From NCBI RefSeq assembly GCF_009914755.1, contig NC_060931.1: a stretch of 64,000 bases of DNA. The stretch is one strand, 5' to 3'. The first letter of the stretch is position 1. Each line of letters starts with the position of its first letter. The notes beneath the pieces are model-generated. The model did not search any database. It saw only the letters and a program-made list of their open reading frames with translations, and had not been told where the DNA came from. The position numbers and the translations under genes are program-made. Shown piece by piece: positions 36,427 to 48,681 of the stretch. The stretch comes from the human T2T-CHM13v2.0 reference genome, Homo sapiens.

Positions 36427-37399
36427 TTGAGAAACTCAGTTCCCACCAGATGAGCAACAGAAGACGATCAAGGCCAAGTCCCATACAAAGTATAAGAAGA
36501 AAAAGAGAGCTAAATGGCATTTGTATAATGAAAGCACTCCAGAAGGAGATGCTCACAGAACCGACCCAAACTGTAACATACTGATTCAAAAATGAGCTTA
36601 AGTTATGAGGAGAGTGACATGAGAGGACCAAATACAGCAAATCTGAAAACTCAGAATGTGGTGGCAGAACTCAAGAAGTGTGAGAAATTAAGAATAGATA
36701 AGGAGGAACACGGGGGCAAAGACATAATAAGGCCTTTAAAAAAGTAGAATTTGACAAGAAGGAAACATTTTAAACAAAAAACACAAGTTCTGCTTCTGGC
36801 CAAGAAGGAGTAACAGGATCTGGGCTTGTCCTCCTGGAGTAAAAAACTAGAGACTAGAAAGAAAAACATGCAGAACCTCTTCAGCCAGTGGCTCCCAGGG
36901 AGTGGCGGGACAGTAAAGCCCCAGAAACGGGTGAGCCCAAGACTCTCCCCACCTAGGACAGTTTTCTGACTTTGGCATAGGGAGGGGAACTTAAAAAGAG
37001 GCCCATCATCCTGCAGGTCGAGATGGACACCAGAGTCCAGGGAGGCTAAGGTGGCTGGAATTCGCATCGGAGGATGAAGGAGAGGAAGGAGCTAAACAGA
37101 GAGAAGGGCCAGAACCTGCCCAGGGGCGCCTGGAGTCTAGCCGTGTTGCAGTCGGCCCGTGGAAACTTACTCCTGAGGCTGGGAGGCTCTAAACTGAACA
37201 GCTCCCAAAGATCAGGTGGGGCTGGAAATCACTGAAGCTGCCACCAGCCAAGTAACAGGCCCCACTGAGTATTCGGGGCGCCCAGGGCATTCCCCGAAGG
37301 GCCATGCCTTAGGAGTGGGGCTGGACTCGGCCAAGGGTAAAGACGCTGTCAGACTCGTCGGAAAAGTGCTTCAAGAACAAGCTTCCAAAGGTGGAAACC

Positions 37400-37675
37400 A
37401 GCCGGGCGCGGTGGCTCACGCCTGGATTCCCAGCACTTTGGGAGGCCGAGGCAGGCAGATCGCCTCCAGAGCAGCCTGGCCAACATGGGGAAAACCCGTC
37501 TCTACTAAAAATAGAAAAACTTAGCCGGGCGCGGTAGCACACGCCTGCGGTCCCAGCTGCTCGGGAGGCTGAGGCGGGAGAATCGCTCGAACCCGGGAGG
37601 CGGAGCTTGCAGCGAGCCGAGACCGCGCCAGTGCACTCCGGCCTGGGCGACAGAGCGAGACTCCGTCTAAAAAAT
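37400..37675 (+). mobile_element. Alu with left-arm deletion and excess CpG
   Basis: gccgggcgcggtggctcacgcc...ctccgtctaaaaaa. Confidence 0.9.
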
Positions 37676-38480
37676 ATATATAACCGTCACCGGGAGAAAA
37701 AGGTGATTTAAACAGGCCTAGAGAGTTCGATCGGGAGCGGGGAGCGGGGAGCGGGTCCCAGAGAGCCCTGGGCAGCCCCACCGCCGCTGTGGCCTAGTTG
37801 CCACCACAGCCCGGGAGGAGCCCAGGCACCGTCACCCCCGCCGTTTGGGGAACAAATGGTTCAGGGTAAGCAACAGATACGGTTTCATCAACAGGAACGT
37901 CACCAAGGAAGATGTGTGTTCATCAGACTGCCGTGAAGGAGAACCCCGGGGAGGACCCTGGCGGCGGGGGAGCTGCGGAGGCCGCGGAGTCCGATGTTGA
38001 GGGAGAAAAGGGCGAGGCGGCGGCAAGTGTTCCAGGGCCTGGTGGGGCCCAGGTCAAGGCAGTAAACCTGCGGCCACCGTAACCACTGCAGACGCGGGAC
38101 CTCCCCGCCGTCACCGGCAGAATCACCAGAATCCTCCGTGGGGAACGGAAGGAGGGATGAGACAGCGCTGCCGCGGGCCAGGCCCCACCACGCGGGCCCC
38201 ACCGCAGAGTCCCACTTTCCTCCATGGAGGCCGCAGTTCTCCAGCCTCCGGGGCGGCCGGGAGCAGCGATGCGGGGGTGACAGCGCGGGGAGCGGGGACA
38301 CCAGCGGGGCAGCGAGTGTACCGGGGACGCAGACCACGATTCCGCAGGACCCACCTCACCCAAGACGGCCTGGAGAGGACAGCGAGGAAGAGGATAAAGA
38401 CAATCCGGGAGATGAGACCCAAGGTCACCAGCCACCTCAGCACCGGGGCCGCCGCAACTTCGATTACCGACGCGGTCGCA
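37400..38480. other. CpG-rich island-like segment (Alu plus YBX1 retrocopy)
   Basis: Visibly high GC and CpG density compared with the flanks; not computed. Confidence 0.7.
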
Positions 38481-38960
38481 CAGAAAACCCTAAACCACAA
38501 GATGGCAAAGACACAGAAGCAGCTGATCCACCAGCTGAGAATTCCTCGCTCCAGGCTGGGCAAATGCGGCTGCTACCTCTACCATCACCCCGTTTAGTCA
38601 TCAAACAAGAACTAGGAAATTCCAGCGATAAGAAATGAACGAAAATTGGAGCTGAAGACCCTAAGTGCTTGCTTTTCGTCCACTGACCAGATAACTAGAA
38701 CTAGCTGCATTATCTGTGGGGCATGGGGTTTCCAATTATTTTTACCTAAAGACGTCTCTTTTTGGTAATAACAAAGTGTTTTTTTAAAAAGCCTGGTTTT
38801 TCTCAATACGCCTTTAAAGGTTTTAAAATTATTTCATATCTGCTCAAGTTGAGATTTTTAAGAACTTCATTTTTAATTTGTCATAAAAGTTTACAACTTG
38901 ATTTTTTCAAAAAAGTAACAAACTGCAAGCACCTGTTAATAAAAGTCTTAAATAAAAACG
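37722..38960 (+). pseudogene. YBX1P4: Processed YBX1 pseudogene (N-terminal coding part deleted, frameshifted)
   Basis: YBX1-like 5'UTR; cold-shock domain remnant (KWF.V.N.YGFINRN.TKEDV); C-terminal [49 protein letters not shown]; 3'UTR with AATAAA 38938; intronless; TSD AACAGGCCTAG at 37711-37721 and 38961-38971. Pseudogene number is from recall. Confidence 0.93.
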
Positions 38961-41900
38961 AACAGGCCTAGCAATGAAAGGATGGAATCAGCACACGCCG
39001 GTGTTGAAAACGGCTTTGACACATAGGCTCAATGTGCTAAAAAAAAAAAAAAAAAAGAAAAAGAAAAAGAAAAATTACAGGAAAACTTGAAGATAATGAG
39101 GATTGAAACTGTCAAATCAGAACTGGTCAAGGTTACTAAAAATAAGGCAAATCTGAGAAACTACCAGATTACTAGTGTCCCAGAAGAGGCTAAGAGGACG
39201 TGAGGACCAAGCACCACGTGGTGCCTGAGCCGCGTCCTGGAACAGAAAAAGGACATCATTGGAAAACCCGGTAAAACCTAAGTAGCCTGCAGGTTAGTTA
39301 ACAGCAACGGACCAATGTTCATTCCTTAGTTTTGACAAATGCACCACAGTTAACATCAGGCAAACGGGATGAGGAGTGTATGGGAACTCTCTGTATTATT
39401 TCTGCCACTTTCCTAAAAGTAATCCCAAAGTGCTCCCAAATACTATATCATTAATATGAATATAAAGTAATTCACTTTAGAGATCTGAAAATGTTCTCCA
39501 TAAAATTGACAAGAAAAAATTGTAAACTCCCTAAACATCTTTCAGTTTCCTTTTTGTCCTCCTTCCCCGTTTTTTCTTTATAAATATGGATGTTTTAATC
39601 AAATAACATTATTTTTTACATAGTATATTAACTTACGCTATCAAGAGTATGTGTTTCCAAAAATCCTTCCTTCCTGTCTGAGTGGGGGTCCGCAGGGAAA
39701 TGAGAAGGCGCGCATCTCTGGCTTCTTGAAGAGCTGTGAGGGAAGGGACTATGACGGTGTTGGCAGCCTCAGGGGCACGGCCACCTCTGAGCCCGAAGGG
39801 TGAGAAGCAGCGTCCGGAGCCGTAGGCCTAGACACAGGCAGCCGCTCCACCACCAGACAGCAGGAGCAGAAACACCCAGGTCCCTTGTCCTGCCTCCCGG
39901 CCTCCCCCCACAGCTCCCACTGGCTGAAATGAAGCAAGAGCCAGGAGACCAGAAGGGTCAGCCCTCTGGACCCAGCAGAGCAGGGGGGATTGCGGGGAGG
40001 GAGGTGACCACCTGGCACTCTGCATTCTGCCCGTCCTCCCTCCCTTTTGTGCTGGAGAAATAGTTGCAAGCTAAAGTTCCCACCTTCAGGTGAAAGGAAA
40101 GCTTAGAAATGAAAGTGAGAAATGCTCTGATAGACTCACGTACCAAGAAAACACAGAACGGGGCTGCGCACTCCCACAGCGGGCAAGAGGGCGGGAGAAC
40201 TTCCTGGAGCAGGCCAGGCGGCCTTGGGATGGACGAGGTCCCGGCGGAACGCACAGCAGTTAGGAAGCATCGAGGCAGGCGCATGCATTTCAAGGTCAGG
40301 GAATAGCAGGTCGTTCTGTTCTGAAAGCGAAGCGTCTTCCTGGCTGGGGCTGCTGGATTGAAGCCCTGAGCCGGGCAGGCTGCAGAGCGTGAGGATGGCG
40401 CGGGGCTCTGGTGTGGGCGCCTGGGAGCGGGTAGCTGCCATTCCGAGTGAGGAGATATTGGTGGAATGGTTCTGGGGAAGAGAAAAAGGATGAAGTCTCT
40501 GCAGTGGAGCTTCTGCGGGCCGAGTGGGCAGGCTGCAGGGTCGTGCCAGGGGTCTAGAGCTCAGAAGAGAGGCGTCTGGAACGCTGTTCCCACCATGTTG
40601 GGTTACGTTGTAGGTTTGGCCGAAGTCAGCGTGGCGAGAGCAGAGGATGAGAAGAGTTGAGAAAAGTGTGGGGGGTGCTAGTATTTAAAACGTACACACA
40701 AAGTTGAGGCTGTGGAGTTGGCAGCAGTGGGAATAGCAGGGCTGGAGTGAGGGAGGGGTAGTGGGAGGAGGAGGGGTCACCTATGAGTGGGGCCTCCGCT
40801 GAGAAGTCATACACCTCGTGTGCTCCGCCTGCATCGACTTGTTCTTCAGGAAGCAAAGTTTCGTAAGGTTGCCATCAAGGAAGAAGGAATACTTTTAACA
40901 TTTCTGTGGTTAGGATAAAAACTAGGTTAAAAGAATTTCTGGGACCCAGGAGTAGTGTCTTCAAAAACGAGAACCCTTGCAGGAACAGAGCATCAGAAAC
41001 TGCACAGGGAGCCGCAAGCAGGCCTGCTCTAGGCAACGAGGGCGCTGGCCCCGGGACGGATGCTGGAGCATCCTCAGGACAAAGTGGATGGAGAGTCTGT
41101 AGTACCAGCTGGGACACGTCACAGGCAAAACCCTGGCACCAGAGACAGGGTCCCACTGAGATCTCGGCCCCTGAAGGGCTCGATGGACCCACCATGGGGT
41201 CTGAGGACACAGGAGCAAGCAGGGCCGGGATGCAAGATTCCCAGAGACCTGGAGTAAGGCTGTGGCTGACGGGGGATGAGCAGACAGCTGACCCTCCTAG
41301 CAAGTAGAACATGGCTTCCATTTTAGAAGGTCCTGAACGCTTGAAGGAGCCTCCAGGAACTACACATAAAGCTGTGCTGTCAACGGCACGGCAGGAAGAA
41401 AACGAGACTTCAGAGTGGCGCTGGGCACTGAGCTGGAGCACGGAGCACATTGTGCAAACGGGCACCGTCGGTCTACTCACCTCCCCACGAGAAGAACCTT
41501 GCTTTGCTGATATTTACCCAATTTCTTTAGATATTTGGGAAAGGATTCTTCAACTCTGCCAGAAGGTGATGGGAGCGGGAGTCCTCCCAGGCATAGCTGG
41601 AAACCTGATGGAAGTGCTGAGGCCGCCTTATCTAGGAACACATTTAAGTCTAGTAAGCACAGTTAAAAACATCATGATTCTGCCTCTTGGAACCTTAAGT
41701 CTCTCTCGTTACATGGTCGTAACTGAAATATTTAAATTTTTAATGTTTTAAATGTAGCACTTCTCATTTCAAAGCTTCTGCCAGTGTATGTGACAATGCG
41801 CCCCAGGGAACAGGCCACCGGGGGCTTTACTGCATTGCTGTGAAGCTGAGGGAGTGCTGGTGACTCTGCTGTTGAGACTGTCCTTTCCTATTACAATAGG

Positions 41901-42146
41901 GCAGGATGGCCCTAGGCTCAGGGCCAAAAGATAAAGTCAGACTCTGTGCCTTTTTTCTTTCCATGGTGTTCACAGCAAACAACCCATTCTTTGGAATTTG
42001 TCTACATTGTTCCTGGGCATTTGAAGTGGGACAGTTGTGGTGTTTCTGTCCGAGCCTAATAAAAAATGCACTAGTATCATAGAAGCCATGAATTACTGCA
42101 TAGCTATGGTTTCCTGGAAGAGCTGGCTTCCGTTATTATTCTTTTA

Positions 42147-42390
<244 letters not shown>

Positions 42391-43814
42391 AGGCTGTTTT
42401 TCAGATTACTATTAAATACATACCTTAATGATGAAAAAAGAATGGGGTAGAGACCTTAGAGGGAAAAGATTAAAGCAGCAATGTGGGAAGAAAGCCAGGA
42501 AAGGGTTCTGCTCCACAAGCAGGGGCTGGAGAGAATTTCAGAGACAGCGGCTGCCACCGCCACCAGAGACAGGAAACCCTAATGGCCAGATGATCATCTA
42601 CCGCATCGGACACCACATCAGACTAAGTGTGTTTGTTTCTGTTTGGTGACTAGGACAGAGGGCAGTGCAGCCTCCACGTGACATGGGGCCAAAGGAGGAT
42701 AGGAGAAGCTGAGGAGAGACTTGAGACAAGGCGGTTTTGAAATGGGAAATGTTTGAGCCATCTACATGCAAAACACCTCAGCTGCTGCCAGCTCCCTCCA
42801 TGTCACGACCATCCGCCTAGCCCAGGGCACCCCTTGCTCCTCCTGGGACTCGTACGGAGCCCACTCAGCCTCAGTGTACACACGCTGGTGCCCACAGGCG
42901 GGCCACCTCTTCTGGGCAGCGTGTCACCTCTATGCACAGTGGGAACTCAGCACCGTCCGGCAGCAGCTTCCTGCTGACCCACGCGAGCTAAACCTGCGCC
43001 ACTCACCCTTGCTTTTCTCTCATCTCACCTCCTGCCACTCTGTCCCAGCCACACCTGCCTTTCAGTTACTGGCAGCATCAGCCTCTTTCAGATCTCAAGG
43101 CTCCTGTATGAGTTGTCCCCTCTGCCAGGCAAGCCTCTGCCACGCTCCCAGCTCCTCTTCATCCTTCAGGTCTTGCTTAAATGCTGCCTCCTTAGAATGC
43201 CCCCACGGGACTCCCAGCCCACCTCCCATCTAAAAAAGTCACCTGTTTTTGTCCGTGCCCCTCACTAGAAGGCAAGCTCCATGGTGGACTAGGAATGCTG
43301 GCTATTTTAGTGTTAGCGAAGTCCCAGTTAAAAATCTGTCCTAGAAACTAAAGGGGATTCTGAGCAGTTTTTTTCTTAACCCCTTTATATTTAATACGTT
43401 AAATAATTCAATAAGATAGAAAGAAAGTCTACCACATAGAATAAAGTCTGAAAAGCTGCCTCAAAAAAAAAAAAAAACAAAAAAAAAACAGCAACATAAC
43501 CAAGACTAAATTTACCAATTAAACAAAAACAGGCTTTGAACAAGGCACCAAGGATATTCTAAATTTGGTAAACACCCTAAAAAGATACAGAAGTTCCCTT
43601 CTTTATTCAGTCGAAGGGAAGGAAAAAGTATCATAATTAGAATGAATTATGAATTTACATCTAAACTTATTTGAAAATCTAAGAAAACCAAGTTGATCGC
43701 ATCAACACTCTAATTGTGAAAGATCTATCAGATGGTCAGTGAACTTCAGACAATCCTCAATTTAAGAGCTCAAATTTGAATATGAGGAGTTAACACAGAA
43801 GCTCTAGGCAGCTC

Positions 43815-45721
43815 TTATAGATGTAAAATATTTTATTTGTAAATGGTGATCTTCTAAATCTGTGTCCACAAATTCCAAAACCCATAACACTCTGTATACT
43901 TCAAAAAATTCAATTTTTGCCAACATTAGATACTATTATACAGAACAGAAAACAACAAAAACCCGGTAGGACAAATACTGGTAGGATGTCAGGATATTGT
44001 ACAAGAGAAGAAAAATATTCAGGAAACAAATTTCATACAGCTATTTATCAAGAGAAAAATATATACAATTGATTTATTCTGTAAGATAAAAATACATCAT
44101 GCCATATACAAGTTCAGAACTGCATCACTGAATATACCAACAGTTTACAGTCCACTTGAATTGTGCACACAAAACTTCATTTTATACTTAGCCTGTGAAG
44201 TGTCAGTACCAGAATTTTAAGTACAAAATAAAAAGCTAACCTGGTTCAAAATGCTGATTAAGTTTCTACAAGCAAACACAAAACAGTGTTTTTTTTATTA
44301 AAGAAATGTAAACAAACAGTTCATACAAACACATTTTAAAATTACATCTTCCAAAAACCCTATTGCCAGAGTCCTGCAGCTGTAAGCATAATCACATCTC
44401 CTTTTTTTTTTTAACTTTTTCAAATTTTTGTGTTAAATAGAAGGCTAAAGGGTTAGATTTAAGTTTCTGCTACATGATCCTATTACGTTTACATGATTCT
44501 CTGTGGCTGAAACAAAGTTCTAATCAAAACTACTTTTGCTGAAGAAAAAATTCAGCCTCCATTTGGGTGTATTTTTAAGCAGTTATTCACAGTTATCACA
44601 AATTGTAAGCACAAAAAAACCTGACTGAAGAAGTAGGGATGCAACAATATAATATGAAAAAATTAGTTTAAATTACCAAAACAGCTATAAAAGTTGTAGT
44701 CGTAGCATACGCCCCGCTCTGTCAGAAGTAAGGTGTATAAAACCATTGAGTACTAATAGACTGCGGTTTCCAAAAAACCCCCAACACTCTAGGTTGAAAT
44801 TTTGGTTATTACATAATTATAATGGCATATTTTATAACACAAAATTATATTGTAACATCCCTATGAACATTTTATAAGCCCCCGAGCTGCTGCAGAGCCT
44901 GGTAGCATTTGGTCAATAACTATTTTTATACTGTATTTTTTCTCAAAATATTTACATATCTGTACAAAGTAACAGGGTTTGTTAGTTCTGCAGGTAACAG
45001 CAGCAGCTTGGCTTTCTTCTAACTTTATTTAAAAATAGCTTCATTCACTTATTCAATAATAAATACAAAAGTTTCTCTTATTTTACAGAAATCAAAAACT
45101 ACAATAAACTGACTCATGGAATCAAGTATTTAAATGTATTTAGTGCAAGTTATTATCCCTTAGCTCTATCCCTAAGGAAGTCATTTCAGTACATTCCTTG
45201 TTCAGTGGTGTCTACTTTATTTAAAAACATTTTGAAGTTAGAGGGCCTGCCCCTTTTTAATAAGGCCGTGGCCAGCACTCTCTGTCCCCCTCGCTGGTGA
45301 TTTCAGTCTTACATTCATAGGAAGGCCCCTGCCCGGGGCAGGGCAGCCATCGGCTCTTTGCCCCAGTAAAAGTTTCTCCTTAGTGAGACTAGAAAACCAA
45401 AACAATGAAACCCACCCACAAGGGAAAAACAAAACAAAAAACAAACAAAAAAAAAAGAAAAGGAAAAGAAAAAAAAGCAAAAGTGCTGGACCATTCTGTG
45501 ATTCCGTTTAACCTCGGCCACTTCAGGAACGCTGCTTCTGTCAGCTTCCTCCTGGCGCTGCTTTAACCTAAAGGACTGAGGAAATCAGAACTCCCAGAAG
45601 CTTTTTCAAAAAGTCATAAAACAGAAAACAAAAATCTCTTTCTGTCTGCAAAATTCCAATGGTGTGTTGAATCGCCTCTTCCTAGGGACAAGCCGCCCGC
45701 TGAGCTAGCAAGGAATGCATT
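43815..45721 (-). other. KMT2C: KMT2C 3'UTR (about 1.9 kb, end approximate)
   Basis: AT-rich stretch with no recognisable repeats, from stop codon to distal AATAAA. Confidence 0.8.
43832..43837 (-). terminator. KMT2C distal poly(A) signal AATAAA
   Basis: tttatt on + strand; further internal AATAAA hexamers near 44073, 44294, 45024 and 45216. Confidence 0.7.
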
Positions 45722-45814
45722 TCAGTTCATCCACTTCCGGCAGTTCACAGCTCCACAGTGACACGGAATCTTGTGCTGGTCATCTTCAAAGTCAAACTTA
45801 TAGTCATAGCAGAG
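45722..45814 (-). CDS. KMT2C: KMT2C last exon coding part: SET end, post-SET, stop
   Basis: LCYDYKFDFEDDQHKIPCHCGAVNCRKWMN* ending TGA. Confidence 0.97.
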   Translation of the reverse strand, partial: LCYDYKFDFEDDQHKIPCHCGAVNCRKWMN

Positions 45815-47685
45815 CTGCCCACGGCAAAGACACAGGGTAAGAAAGGACAGCAAGGAAGGCAATAGCGTTTCTGCCTCCATCTCCCTTGCATTTTAAAACC
45901 AGCAAACGAAACAGACGTAAATTAAGGAAGACCTGATTTATTGAGGTTCCATGGGACCCTGGGGGAACCCTGAAAAGAGGCATTGTGCTTGCACAGAGGA
46001 AATGAGGGAGGCAGTATTTTTAAACAGCGAGATCTGAGAACGGGAGCCTGACCAGAGAAAGCTGTATTTCTGTGACTTCTCATAATGCTGTCCCTGCAAG
46101 TGGATGGAGGGGACTGGAAGGGCAACTGCTTTCCTAGCCCTCTCCCTAAAACCCAGAAGCCTTTCACCTCCCCTGATTTACTGAATGGGGCATGCAATTC
46201 TGGGTGAGATGAACTGCCAGCTAACTCTGTTTTCCCTCCTTCATTTTTCCTCACTCAAGACTGAAAGGATGTCTTTCTATTTAGAGGTCACCAAATTAAC
46301 ATCTCAGACCAATCAAGGTAGGTGGGAGTCTGCGTGAGTCCCACGGTACAAGCCTCAGTGCGCGGCCCTGCAACCCCCACCACCCCAGAGAGAGCCGATG
46401 CTGCAAAATGAAGGGGAGGCCCAGGAATTTCTAGGTCTCTTCTGAGTGAAATGATTCTAGACGCTAGCTGGAAAGACCTTCTACACAGAAAGGAAGGAAA
46501 CCAGTGTTTATTGAGCAGCTGTTCTTGGCAATGATTCCACTGCTTTCTTTCAGGTATCTGCTGAGTCCTTCCAAGAGCCTGGTAAGGAAGTCATTTTCTC
46601 TATCTTGCAGAAGATAAAATAGGGGCTCATATTAAACTATTTACTCAAGAATACTCAAGTAGGAAGGAGGCAGGTGGCCCTGGGCTGAGTCTCTTCTGAC
46701 CACCATGGTAGCCATTGGTTACTGGCACTGTGCCAGGGCTCCCACACACTGTCTTATTTACACGTTACTTTGAGATGTATAACGGGCCTTGGGTCTAGTC
46801 GGATCCTTATTCTTGACTAAGAAAGGAGATTCCACAAAGACCCAAAATACAGATAGAATCCCACGAATCCCATGGCTATGTTCACGAAGGGAGAGGAGCA
46901 CCAACAAAGTCAAGTCACTCAGGTGCCTCACTCCCCAAATGCGGGACGTTTCCTACAGAAACCAAGCCTGCTGCTCAGTGACAGCTTTCCAGGAAATGCC
47001 AATTCCAGAACCAAGGTACCTGAATCACAGTGGGAAAGACCAAGGTGGGAAGCAAATGCAGCAATTAAGGCCAAAAATAATCCCAATGGGTGAGCCGCCG
47101 GACCAGAGTCACCTCTGAGAGCACGGAGACAAACAGCAAGCTTGGCACTCGGCATTTTGAAGACAACAACCCACACCTGAACTGCTGAAGAATGTGGCGA
47201 TGTGGGCACTTGGTTAAGCACACACTGATCGCCAGCGTGAGCACACAATCCTCAGCAGCACGGCGGCCCAGATTTGCCGCCCACAGCCCAACAGTGCCAT
47301 CTCAGGAGCCACGGCCCCCTTGGAGAAGGACGGGGATGCTCTTCAGAGGGGACACTGCCAAACTGTGTCCAGGTTAAGGGGATAAAGAAGGATCCTATGG
47401 CACACAGAAATGATACCACCTGGGTGCCATGGGGATGCTGAACCCGTGGCACAGAAGGGAAGGGAGAGGTGACAGCAAATGCTCACAGAGCTGCCATGTG
47501 GAGGAAGGTGAACTGGAGTGCCTGAAGGGTGAGATACTGCAGGGTGGGAACATCTGGCCTATTATGGACAGAGTTTTTATCACAACAAAGAATTGGGAAA
47601 CAAGTGAGTAAGTGACCTGTGTGAGGAGGGAACTATTCGCCCAGGATCTGAACAACATGGCAGATGCAATCTCTCACACTCTTAC

Positions 47686-47794
47686 CTCTTCTCCTTTCTG
47701 GATTCTCCGACTGGAGCTGATGATAATTTTGTGTCCTCTCTCAAAAGTCACCACTTCAGCCACACAATTAGGTGCACACGAATGGTTGATATAC
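47686..47794 (-). CDS. KMT2C: KMT2C exon (58): SET (NHSC motif)
   Basis: YINHSCAPNCVAEVVTFERGHKIIISSSRRIQKGEE; 109 nt. Confidence 0.97.
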
Positions 47795-48075
47795 CTGCAA
47801 GCCACCATGTCAGAAAACTGTATTGTAAAACAGCTAGAAGCAGCTTTAAAAACTTCCCATTTATTGATAAAGCAGTTTTTGCTAATTAAATTTCTATTTG
47901 CCCATTGTTAGAAGCACAAATATAACATTTAAATAAAAATTCTCAACTCATTTGCTCTGAATGTTTAGTCACCGCCAGGCTGCCGTGAGAGCCTTTCCCT
48001 TGGCTTCAGTGTTCTCTCCACCAGCACTGGCCCCACAAGCAAAAGCACTCCCCGTCAGGTTCCTCGCTGTCTCAC

Positions 48076-48149
48076 CTTGCGGGCCCTCCTGTGAGCGTCG
48101 CGTCAATCACATGGTCGTTATCCATGCGGAACATGTACACACCACGGTT
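48076..48149 (-). CDS. KMT2C: KMT2C exon (57): SET
   Basis: NRGVYMFRMDNDHVIDATLTGGPA(R); 74 nt. Confidence 0.97.
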
Positions 48150-48564
48150 CTGAGGGAAAAGTCAGTCAGTAAGTCATCAATGTCGACCTGAAACTCCCCT
48201 CTGTGTTCCTATCCACACCAGGAGGACTCAGTCGAAACTGAACGGAACGGCAGCCTGATCATCCTTACTGTGGATATTCTATTAGGCACAGATGACATTT
48301 ACATGGCACGAATGGAAAGCATGGAATCAGTAGGTTGTGTGTGAAGCCAGGCTCATTAATTTACAGTTGTCTATCAAAGTAAACTGTAACACCAATTGAA
48401 AGAGATACAACTGATAAAAATACACTAATATACAGATATGGCTTTTGTTTAAAGCTGAATGCAGCATGACAGATTTCATTCTGCCTTCCAGGGTGTCTGG
48501 CTGGCACGGAGAAAGGGAGAGGATGATGGTGCTGTGTATACAATCTCGGGGACCAGACACCTAC

Positions 48565-48681
48565 CTGAGACTCATAAAGCTTCTCTTTCCTGTTGGCTAC
48601 TTCGTTTCGAATGATAGTCCCGATGTACTCAATGACCATGGTGTGTTTCTCAATGTCTCGAGCAGCATACAGGCCCAGCCC
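48565..48681 (-). CDS. KMT2C: KMT2C exon (56): SET
   Basis: GLGLYAARDIEKHTMVIEYIGTIIRNEVANRKEKLYESQ; 117 nt. Confidence 0.97.

Noticed and set aside
37900-38563. Antisense 145-170 aa ORFs over the YBX1 pseudogene
   Set aside because: Expected from high GC content (few stop codons), with no recognisable homology
45327-45343. CCCTGCCC-G-GGGCAGGG inverted repeat in the KMT2C 3'UTR as a structured RNA or miRNA
   Set aside because: Only an 8-bp stem, too short to support a call
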